Assembly: GCA_043812655.1 (NCBI GenBank)
Contig: JBDRLW010000005.1
Span: 1-31,389, forward strand
Direction of reading: 5' to 3'
Length of the DNA stretch: 31,389 nt
Source of the DNA: a bacterium
Lineage (GTDB): Bacteria; Margulisbacteria; WOR-1; O2-12-FULL-45-9; XYB2-FULL-48-7
Part shown: piece after piece, positions 17,257 to 24,220 of the stretch
How the letters are laid out: each line of letters begins with the position of its first letter
How positions within the stretch are numbered: position 1 is the stretch's first letter
Notes under the pieces: generated by a model
Seen by the model: the letters and a program-made list of their open reading frames with translations, nothing else
Databases searched by the model: none
Told to the model about the DNA's origin: nothing
Program-made: the position numbers and the translations under genes

Positions 17257-18717
17257 TTATTTCACCAGGAAGGTCCCAAACTGCCAAACATCTTCCGGTT
17301 TTGGGCGCTCCATATCAAACTTGGTAAATTTAGTGTTTAAATTTTTAAGCGGCGTCCAATCGACCGCCTTAGAAACAAAGGGCTTAATGTATGGCAGAGA
17401 GATCTTGAGTATCTCTTCATGGTCAAGGTCATCCGGCAAAAGAAAGCCGCGGCGCGGGTTTTTGATCATCCAGATCGACGCCGCCACGACCGAGATCGCC
17501 ACCTGCATCGTCGTTGCCTGCTGGTGCGGCACTATTTTTCTGGAGGTATGGATATCGAGCAGGCTGCCGCACCACCACGACTTAAAGTCATGGCCCATGA
17601 GCAAGACCCCTAGCTCATCACGCCCAGCAATGATCTCATCGGACATGATCCTTTGTTTTTCTTGCATCTTAAATTGGCGCATCTCCAGTTCCCGCAAAGA
17701 ATTGATCGCGCAATCGGAAGGGCAATAAGCGTAATGGACAGTTGGGCGATAAATTGCCTTGTCCCCAGCCCAGACCGTTAAGCGGTCGGAAATACTAAAG
17801 GCTTCACCGTGGCGAACGACCATCCCGGTTATTTCGCCGCAAGGAACCCACGACCTGACCCAAGTCCTCATCCCCAGCGTCCGCAAACAGATCTGATTGC
17901 GCGGCCCGGTTTCGTGGAAGAAGGCTCCTTCGGGAACATATTTTTCATGCGTCCCCCACCCTAATTCGGCCGGAGCGACCCCTTCCTCGTAAAAACCTTC
18001 GATGCTCCAGGTATTGACGAACTCGTTAACTTTTTTTGGTTCATCGGTGATCTGAGTATCTCGCTCGGAAATGTGGATCACTTTTACTCCGGTTATTTGC
18101 GCCAGGCGGGCAAAATTTTTGGCCGCGACTTCGTCCTGTAATTGTTTTACTCTTTTATCTTTTGGTTTCTCCGCGATGATCTTCTTGGCAATATCAAGGA
18201 GCGCTTTTTTCGTAAAATGGGAAACCAGGCCCGGATTGGCGCCATGGTCGACAACCGCTGTCGTCCCACTATTATCACCCCAATCTTTGGCGATCATTTC
18301 GCGAATCTCCATATGGCGGGAATATAATGTATATTTGGTCGGGTCATTTCGCTGTTCATCCTTATATGGATTCCACTCTTCAACTGAGGTATTGACATAA
18401 AGAACCTCATTTTTGCGACACCAGGTCACGATCGCGCAACAATCGATATTCCAGGCCAGGTCGATGATCAGGTCGCCCGGACCGACATACTTTGCCAATA
18501 ATTTTTTGTAATTCTTCTCCGTTACCCGGTCAAAAACATACTTAACGCCTTTTTTCAGCGAATCTTTGACTCTTTTCCGGTTATCGGTAAAATCCATGAT
18601 CGTCACATTTTTCGCCGGCACATCGATCAACTGCAAAACGATCGGGATCGCGCATTGCGACACGCTGCCGCAACCGATGATCAAGATCTTGCCTTTAAAT
18701 TTTATCTGTTTTTTCAT
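17257..18717 (-). CDS. hss: Homospermidine synthase
   Basis: IGCGSV Rossmann fold, HGANPGLVSHF, HISERD, NTWSIEGF, ELGWGTHE, HGEA, YRPTVHYAYCPSD. Confidence 0.93.
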   Translation of the reverse strand: MKKQIKFKGKILIIGCGSVSQCAIPIVLQLIDVPAKNVTIMDFTDNRKRVKDSLKKGVKYVFDRVTEKNYKKLLAKYVGPGDLIIDLAWNIDCCAIVTWCRKNEVLYVNTSVEEWNPYKDEQRNDPTKYTLYSRHMEIREMIAKDWGDNSGTTAVVDHGANPGLVSHFTKKALLDIAKKIIAEKPKDKRVKQLQDEVAAKNFARLAQITGVKVIHISERDTQITDEPKKVNEFVNTWSIEGFYEEGVAPAELGWGTHEKYVPEGAFFHETGPRNQICLRTLGMRTWVRSWVPCGEITGMVVRHGEAFSISDRLTVWAGDKAIYRPTVHYAYCPSDCAINSLRELEMRQFKMQEKQRIMSDEIIAGRDELGVLLMGHDFKSWWCGSLLDIHTSRKIVPHQQATTMQVAISVVAASIWMIKNPRRGFLLPDDLDHEEILKISLPYIKPFVSKAVDWTPLKNLNTKFTKFDMERPKPEDVWQFGTFLVK

Positions 18718-18753
18718 TTATTCCTCCAAAAATATTTTTCTCGAATATTTTTT

Positions 18754-18781
18754 ATTGTAACACAAGATTGCTCTTTTTCAA
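18754..18781 (-). promoter_or_regulatory. Probable promoter of the hss-decarboxylase-ygiQ operon
   Basis: Minus strand TTGAAA-16 nt-TACAAT with extended -10 TG. SD GGAGG at 18723-18727. Confidence 0.5.
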
Positions 18782-18835
18782 TGCAATTTATTGTATAATG
18801 TTGTAAGTCATCAGTTGTTAGTCGTTAGTCAACAA

Positions 18836-18909
18836 GCGCCCATAGCTCAATTGGATAGAGCGTCTGCCTTCGAAGCAGCAGGCTGGAGGTTCAAGTCCTC
18901 CTGGGCGCA
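18836..18909 (+). tRNA. tRNA-Arg, anticodon TCG, CCA not encoded
   Basis: GCGCCCA/TGGGCGC acceptor stem, GCTC/GAGC D stem, CTGC/GCAG anticodon stem with loop CTTCGAA, GGAGG-TTCAAGT-CCTCC T arm. Confidence 0.96.
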
Positions 18910-18950
18910 TTCTAAATTCACCGCAAACCTTTGCGGTGAATTTAGAATGC
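18907..18950. terminator. Long perfect inverted repeat after the tRNA (possible bidirectional terminator)
   Basis: GCATTCTAAATTCACCGCAAA-cc-TTTGCGGTGAATTTAGAATGC, 21-bp arms, no clear U tract. Confidence 0.55.
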
Positions 18951-18979
18951 CTCGACCCCTTTTTCATCAAACCATTCAG
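18946..18979 (+). repeat. Left inverted end of the defence cassette
   Basis: AATGCCTCGACCC-ctttttca-TCAAACCATTCAG. Confidence 0.88.
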
Positions 18980-19073
18980 GGCCGCGTTAGCCAGCTGATC
19001 TTTCCTCTACCTATCTCAGCGGGCGCGTACATTCAGCCCCATTCAGATAAAATTCGCGCCCGCTAAAACAGGC

Positions 19074-19532
19074 TTATTTGAGGAGTTTTTTTATCTTTCC
19101 AATTTGAAGCATAAGGTCACGATTGATTTGATGTTCCCATATTCTCAACACAACCCACCCATGAGCCTTTAAGTATTTAGTAGTATTTGTGTCCCTTCGT
19201 CTGTTTGCCTTAATCTTATTGCGCCAAAAAACATTCTTTAGCAGATGGCTCCAACGAGGGTATTGCCAACCATGCCAAAAATTACTGTCAAGAAATACGC
19301 ATATTTGTTGCTTGGGAAAAACGATATCAGGATTGCCTTTGATCGCACGAACGTGAGCATGAAAATGTATGCGAATATTCTTCTTCAACGCTTTTATGAA
19401 ATCTGTCTCAAAACCGGTGTTTTTTGATCTAATTTTTGACATTAAACTAGATCTATTTTTTTTTGATATTTTGTCCCGGGACCTTCGTTTTTTTAGGTTT
19501 CTACCTAAGTAGTTGTTATATAACTTAGACAT
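19074..19532 (-). CDS. vsr: Very short patch repair endonuclease
   Basis: RSSLMSKIRSKNTGFE, GNPDIVF, FLDSNFWHG, NRRRD, VLRIWEH. Same operon as a C5 MTase. Confidence 0.92.
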   Translation of the reverse strand: MSKLYNNYLGRNLKKRRSRDKISKKNRSSLMSKIRSKNTGFETDFIKALKKNIRIHFHAHVRAIKGNPDIVFPKQQICVFLDSNFWHGWQYPRWSHLLKNVFWRNKIKANRRRDTNTTKYLKAHGWVVLRIWEHQINRDLMLQIGKIKKLLK

Positions 19533-20565
19533 GCAAGCCGAGTTCGAATAAATCGGAGGTTTTAATCTTTCCTTTTTTCCAGGAGGATTTACTGTCTAAA
19601 ATATTTTTCCATTGTTCAATCACCGGATCGCTTATCTTGTCTGCCCGCCAGTAATGCGCAAGCTTATCTTTATCCATGCCCGCGATTGTCGAAGAGATCT
19701 CTTTCGACCTATTTACCAATTTAAGCATGATTTTTGGGATTTTGATGTCTTTTCCCCTTATACTAACTATCGCCTGGCCACCAGCGGTAAATTTATCTCT
19801 CATATTCGAAGAGATGGCATTGTATTCCGTGAACAAATAAGCCGAGGGTCGAGAATATTTTAAATTGCTATTGCCGAATATTTCAGGAAATAATATCATC
19901 GATTCAATTATGAACTTTTCCTGATCGCTTGCCGAAAGATTTCCATATCCTTTTATAATGGGAGTGCTTGTTGATTCTTGATCAATCCACCACAATTCTT
20001 CACCGTCAGATAGCTGTTTCCTGTAGTAATCTTTAATATGATGAATTGGATTTGGCTTGCTCCTCAAATCGTTGTATTTTATGCCGATTTTGTCAAAAAT
20101 AGATTTCCCATTCGGCAAATCCATATCTATCATATACCTAGGGGAATGAGTAACGGCAATGTCATTTAAACACTCTTGATACAATCGGAATTTAACATCT
20201 ATCCTGCCACCAATTTTAACAAAGAAGAGATATATCTCTTCGACCTGTTCGACTCTTGTGCTTTCCAAGATACTGTTGCCGGTTGATGTCCATTTATTTC
20301 CAATAGTCATTTTCACTTCTACGCCATACTTATTGTCAATAATAATGTCCGGGAAAGCATGAAGCGATCCTCTAACTATTTTATCGGCGAACTTTGTCCC
20401 GGCGGACGCCTCCATTATTGAAGACAAAACAAGCCCCTCCATTGTTGAGGAATCTAGTTTATTGACATTTGAGCCGAGCGCATGAAGTTTGGCCAGGGCT
20501 ACTGTTTTTGCGTTTTCAAGCAGATTGACAAACTCTTTGTTGGTGGCAGAATTAACTTTTGGCAT
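19525..20565 (-). CDS. Probable type II restriction endonuclease (PD-(D/E)xK)
   Basis: FPDIII...GVEVK motif. Overlaps both the MTase and vsr. Confidence 0.8.
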   Translation of the reverse strand: MPKVNSATNKEFVNLLENAKTVALAKLHALGSNVNKLDSSTMEGLVLSSIMEASAGTKFADKIVRGSLHAFPDIIIDNKYGVEVKMTIGNKWTSTGNSILESTRVEQVEEIYLFFVKIGGRIDVKFRLYQECLNDIAVTHSPRYMIDMDLPNGKSIFDKIGIKYNDLRSKPNPIHHIKDYYRKQLSDGEELWWIDQESTSTPIIKGYGNLSASDQEKFIIESMILFPEIFGNSNLKYSRPSAYLFTEYNAISSNMRDKFTAGGQAIVSIRGKDIKIPKIMLKLVNRSKEISSTIAGMDKDKLAHYWRADKISDPVIEQWKNILDSKSSWKKGKIKTSDLFELGLHV

Positions 20566-21535
20566 CAGGATTAAGATGTTTATTAAGGAATGATTGGATA
20601 TGGCTAGCCAAATGCCAGGCCATTACTGGCGGAACCGCATTACCAATTTGTTTATAAGCGCTGGACGTGGAAGGGTGAAAAACAAAATCATCTGGGAATG
20701 ATTGTATTCTAGCCGCTTCCCTAGCAGAAAGGCGTCTTTTGCCGTTCCAATGCCATTCAATGTTCCCATGATGTTCCGCCCTCATTGTCGGCCCAGGCTT
20801 ATCTGATGACACCAAACTATTGCCTTGCCCCTTATTCTTTATCGCTCTTGACCAATAATGATTCGGCAGGCGCCCTTCTGGAATATACTCAAGATCACCA
20901 ATTGCTTTTTTAAGAGAAATCCATTCATGTCGTTTTAGTTTAGGTTTTGGATGTTCGAATGCTGGCAAAACGCCCTTTTTCGTCCCAACCATGATGATTC
21001 TTTCTCTCTTTTGAGGGACTTCATAATCAGCGGCCAAATAAAGTTGCGGTTCGATATGATAACCTAATTCACTAAAATGTTTAATAATCGTTTTTACGGC
21101 TTTCCCATTATCCATGGTCATTAATCCGCGAACATTTTCCGCGACAAATAATACCGGGTTTGTCTTTTTGATGACTTCAGCCATACTTTTATACAAAACG
21201 CCTCTTTTACTGTTAAACCCGCGCCTTTTCCCAGCATGGCTAAAATCCTGGCAAGGGAATCCACCCAAAACAATGTCGGTTTTTTCTGGCAATGGACGAT
21301 GCCCGTTATTTGATGACAATATTTTAATAATGTCTCCAGCAACAATAGGATCACCAAGATTGCGGGAAAAGGTTTGACAGGCGTTTTCATCTAAATCGTT
21401 TGCCCAAACAACATCATAATTAAGCGAAGGGTATTTCTTGTTAAGAAAGGAAAATCCGCCCTTAAAACCGAGGTCTAATCCGCCGCATCCCGCAAAAAGC
21501 GAAACTATTTTGTATTTCTTGTTTTTGCATGCCAT
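20552..21535 (-). CDS. DNA (cytosine-5)-methyltransferase
   Basis: FAGCGG, GGFPCQDFS, ENV, QKRER, REAARIQSFPD, QIGNAVP. Confidence 0.97.
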   Translation of the reverse strand: MACKNKKYKIVSLFAGCGGLDLGFKGGFSFLNKKYPSLNYDVVWANDLDENACQTFSRNLGDPIVAGDIIKILSSNNGHRPLPEKTDIVLGGFPCQDFSHAGKRRGFNSKRGVLYKSMAEVIKKTNPVLFVAENVRGLMTMDNGKAVKTIIKHFSELGYHIEPQLYLAADYEVPQKRERIIMVGTKKGVLPAFEHPKPKLKRHEWISLKKAIGDLEYIPEGRLPNHYWSRAIKNKGQGNSLVSSDKPGPTMRAEHHGNIEWHWNGKRRLSAREAARIQSFPDDFVFHPSTSSAYKQIGNAVPPVMAWHLASHIQSFLNKHLNPDAKS

Positions 21536-21546
21536 TGCTGCAGGCC

Positions 21547-21575
21547 ATTATACAACACTAAATAGCATTGCTCAA
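21547..21575 (-). promoter_or_regulatory. Promoter of the MTase-REase-vsr operon
   Basis: Minus strand TTGAGC-17 nt-TATAAT, 11 nt before the ATG, no SD. Confidence 0.55.
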
Positions 21576-21615
21576 CAATACAATTAAAATAAACATGTTT
21601 CATTTTTCGATAACC

Positions 21616-21644
21616 TTGAACCTCAATATATTGACGAGTATAAT
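21616..21644 (+). promoter_or_regulatory. Promoter of the OLD gene with a palindrome in the spacer
   Basis: TTGAAC-17 nt-TATAAT. TCAATATATTGA at 21623-21634. Confidence 0.55.
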
Positions 21645-21675
21645 GAGATATTCAATTCCAATAGGAGGATCAACA

Positions 21676-23352
21676 ATGAAAGGAGTAATTCTAAAAAAGC
21701 TAATTATTAAGAATCTTGGGCCCATAAAAACAGATGAAGTGTCGCTCGATCCTTTTACGTATTTTATCGGCCGTAATAATTCAGGGAAATCCCACTACCT
21801 TAAGGCGATATCTTTACTGCTAACCTCAAAAGCCCCTGACAAAGAAATGATAAGCAAATTACAAAACGATAAATCTCAACCAATCGAAATCACTGGGCAT
21901 TTTGAGGGGGTGCAGGAATTTACCAGCCTTGTAACAGAAAGCAAGCATAAAGAAGCTATTGATAGCAAAATAAAGGATGGGATTTTAATAGTTACCAGGG
22001 TTTTAAATTCCGGCGAGAAAGATAAGCCCATATTAGGCATTCCCGATGATGATGGAACTGTAACTAATATTACTGGAATTCAAGGCAATCTTTTAAAGGT
22101 GCTTCCAGACGCTATAGAAATAGTCGCAACCGCTGATACTGTTGATGAATTAAAGAATAAGGACAATACTGCGTTAGATAAGCTCAAAAAAGAAGTATTA
22201 CGATCATTTTTGGAGTCTTTAGGCGAGGAAACAAAAAAGGCTTTTACGAATATAGACAAATTTTTGCATAGTCAGGAAGCCGGTCGTCGTTCTTCAGATC
22301 TTATTAATTTTGAATCATTTTTAAAAGAGGAATTGAGCGGGGAATTCTCGGAGATTACCCCCTCTATTGAATTTGAATTACCTGATGAAGAAGTGATTTC
22401 CAAAGGAATGAGAGTAATGCTTGATGATGGCCATCGTTCTGAAGTTGGTCAAAAAGGCCATGGCTTACAACGGGCAACCCTACTGGCAATGTTAAGGGTC
22501 CTAGCTAAACATGGATCACGATACCAAGACAGGCCAGCGCCAATATTTCTGATTGGAGAGATTGAAACATTTCTACATCCTTATGCGCAAAAAATGCTAG
22601 GAGAAGCATTAGACGCATTAGTTGATAGATATCAAGTTGTTACATCAACGCACTCCCCATTTATTGTTTCTCCAAATAGGATAAGTGGATATAGACGAGT
22701 GATAAAAAAATCTAGTGTTGGGACAAAAAACATCTCTCTTGGGGAGCCAAAATCAATTGATTTGCCTCTGATTGTTCGACATCTCGAACAAAGAGGTAAT
22801 TTGGAGGGACTATTCGCTGACAGGATTATTTTAATTGAAGGAAAGCATGATGAGGGTTTTTATGACAGACTAATGAAAATTTATGGAATCGCTTTGCCAA
22901 AAGACAAATTCACCTTATTTATCAAGGCGGGAGGAAAAACCGCAATACGAATGGCCAGAGAGTTTTATAGACAAATGAATTTCGATGATGTCTCGGTAAT
23001 TTGTGACATTGATTATATATTTAGCCAAGATGCAAAATATTTATTTAAAGAATTGGGAATTGACGTTAATTATATTGATGAATTAAAAAAGCATGTTGGA
23101 TATACTGACGTGAAAGATCCTCCGCTCAAAATCATTGTTGATGAGTTAAAAGCCAAGGGCGAGCCGAAATTATTCAAAATAATCTTCCCGCTGCTCGCAA
23201 AACAGAAAGTATTTGTGCTTAGAAAGGGAGCGCCTGAAGAATATTATAAAAACAATCTGGGGGAGAAAGATGGGTGGGAAAAGCTGGAAAAGGAAGAAGA
23301 TCTGTTAGATACGGAATATTTAAAAGGGTTAATGAACGCGGTTATTAGCTGA
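21676..23352 (+). CDS. OLD-family ATP-dependent endonuclease (ABC ATPase plus TOPRIM)
   Basis: Walker A GRNNSGKS, signature GHGLQR, FLHP, STHSP, TOPRIM LIEGKHD, GGK, DID. Start ATG 21676 after AGGAGG (track starts at 21568). Confidence 0.9.
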   Translation: MKGVILKKLIIKNLGPIKTDEVSLDPFTYFIGRNNSGKSHYLKAISLLLTSKAPDKEMISKLQNDKSQPIEITGHFEGVQEFTSLVTESKHKEAIDSKIKDGILIVTRVLNSGEKDKPILGIPDDDGTVTNITGIQGNLLKVLPDAIEIVATADTVDELKNKDNTALDKLKKEVLRSFLESLGEETKKAFTNIDKFLHSQEAGRRSSDLINFESFLKEELSGEFSEITPSIEFELPDEEVISKGMRVMLDDGHRSEVGQKGHGLQRATLLAMLRVLAKHGSRYQDRPAPIFLIGEIETFLHPYAQKMLGEALDALVDRYQVVTSTHSPFIVSPNRISGYRRVIKKSSVGTKNISLGEPKSIDLPLIVRHLEQRGNLEGLFADRIILIEGKHDEGFYDRLMKIYGIALPKDKFTLFIKAGGKTAIRMAREFYRQMNFDDVSVICDIDYIFSQDAKYLFKELGIDVNYIDELKKHVGYTDVKDPPLKIIVDELKAKGEPKLFKIIFPLLAKQKVFVLRKGAPEEYYKNNLGEKDGWEKLEKEEDLLDTEYLKGLMNAVIS

Positions 23353-23404
23353 AAACACTGAAGGCGTCCATCGTTTAAACGGGCTTTTTGCTTAATGGCG
23401 GTTC

Positions 23405-23449
23405 AAGAAGCGGTTTTTTCGACGTATGGGGGAGAAAAAACCGCTTCTT
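23405..23449. terminator. 16-bp hairpin downstream of OLD
   Basis: AAGAAGCGGTTTTTTC-13 nt-GAAAAAACCGCTTCTT. Confidence 0.5.
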
Positions 23450-23482
23450 CGATAAGTTTACATCCTGTGTAGGTCTTTTTTC

Positions 23483-23511
23483 TTGCATCCATGAATGGTG
23501 TTGGGTATAAT
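23483..23511 (+). promoter_or_regulatory. Outward-facing sigma70-type promoter inside the right end of the cassette
   Basis: TTGCAT-17 nt-TATAAT, with no credible + strand CDS downstream. Confidence 0.55.
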
Positions 23512-23529
23512 CAGAGAGATCGCCCGGCA

Positions 23530-23563
23530 CTGAATGGTTTGAGAACCAGAGGGTCGAGGCATT
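23530..23563 (-). repeat. Right inverted end of the defence cassette
   Basis: Reverse complement reads AATGCCTCGACCC-tctggttc-TCAAACCATTCAG. Confidence 0.88.
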
Positions 23564-23564
23564 T

Positions 23565-24119
23565 TTACTTGAGTGCCTTCTTTAACTTCTTTAACGCTTT
23601 TCCCCTGTGGCTTAAGCGGTTTTTTTGTGGAGAAGACATCTGCGCAAAAGTTTTTTCATGCCCGCATGGCCGAAAAACCGGATCGTAGCCAAACCCATGC
23701 TGGCCACGCATCTCTCTAATTATGCGTCCATGACAAACACCTTTAAAGGTCCTGATCTTGCCGTTTGGCAAAGCAACAGCGATGACGCAAACAAACTTAG
23801 CTCCTCTTGAAGTGCAATTATCCATAACTTTTAATAATTTATGACAAAGATTATCAACAGTTGGTGGATTTGCAAAACGAGCTGATTTAACCCCGGGATT
23901 ACCACCTAAACAATTCACCATCAATCCTGAATCATCAGCAATGGCAACTTGCCCAGGTAGTAATTTAATCGCTTTAACTTTCTTGATCACGTTCTCTTCA
24001 AAGGTCTTCCCAGTTTCTCTAACATTAATATGACTACCAGTAACGGGCCGCTTTAAGATTTTTTTGATCTCGGCCAATTTATGTTGGTTGGTCGTCGCGA
24101 CAATTATTTCAGCGTTCAT
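23565..24119 (-). CDS. rdgB: Non-canonical purine NTP pyrophosphatase (RdgB/HAM1)
   Basis: ATTNQHKLAE, ETGKTFEEN, ADDSGL, PGVKSARF, GFGYDPVF, KNRLSHRGKA. Confidence 0.96.
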   Translation of the reverse strand: MNAEIIVATTNQHKLAEIKKILKRPVTGSHINVRETGKTFEENVIKKVKAIKLLPGQVAIADDSGLMVNCLGGNPGVKSARFANPPTVDNLCHKLLKVMDNCTSRGAKFVCVIAVALPNGKIRTFKGVCHGRIIREMRGQHGFGYDPVFRPCGHEKTFAQMSSPQKNRLSHRGKALKKLKKALK

Positions 24120-24134
24120 AATAAAATTATTTTC

Positions 24135-24216
24135 TTTCAGGTAACCTGCGAATGAACTTCGCGGTTACCTGAAAAAGACTATTCCCAATGAAACCGCGAC
24201 GTTTAGTCGCAGGTTT
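24135..24216. repeat. Inverted doublet of bulged-T hairpins (copies 1 and 2)
   Basis: AACC-T-GCGAA-tgaac-TTCGC-GGTT (+, core 24143-24166) and AACC-T-GCGAC-taaac-GTCGC-GGTT (-, 24192-24215). Confidence 0.88.
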
Positions 24217-24220
24217 TCCG

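Larger units (their letters stand above)
18946..23563. mobile_element. tRNA-adjacent defence cassette bounded by inverted ends, no recombinase inside
   Basis: Inverted 13-8-13 sites at both ends. RM plus OLD cargo, AT-richer than neighbours, no CGATCG seen. Confidence 0.7.

Noticed and set aside
18791..19066. 91-aa ORF
   Set aside because: Spans the tRNA gene and hairpins; spurious.
19525..21535. Assigning a recognition sequence to the RM system (for example CGATCG or CGCG)
   Set aside because: Cannot be determined by eye; needs REBASE comparison or methylome data.
21676..23563. Gabija or retron system
   Set aside because: No UvrD helicase or reverse transcriptase in the window.
23352..23565. 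attR-type direct repeat of the tRNA 3' end at the right border of the cassette
   Set aside because: No copy of the tRNA 3' sequence (CCTCCTGGGCGC) was found and no integrase is present. The boundary motif is inverted, not direct.
18941..23568. Target-site duplication around the cassette
   Set aside because: The best candidate is TTTAG vs TTTAC, imperfect and AT-rich, so not convincing.
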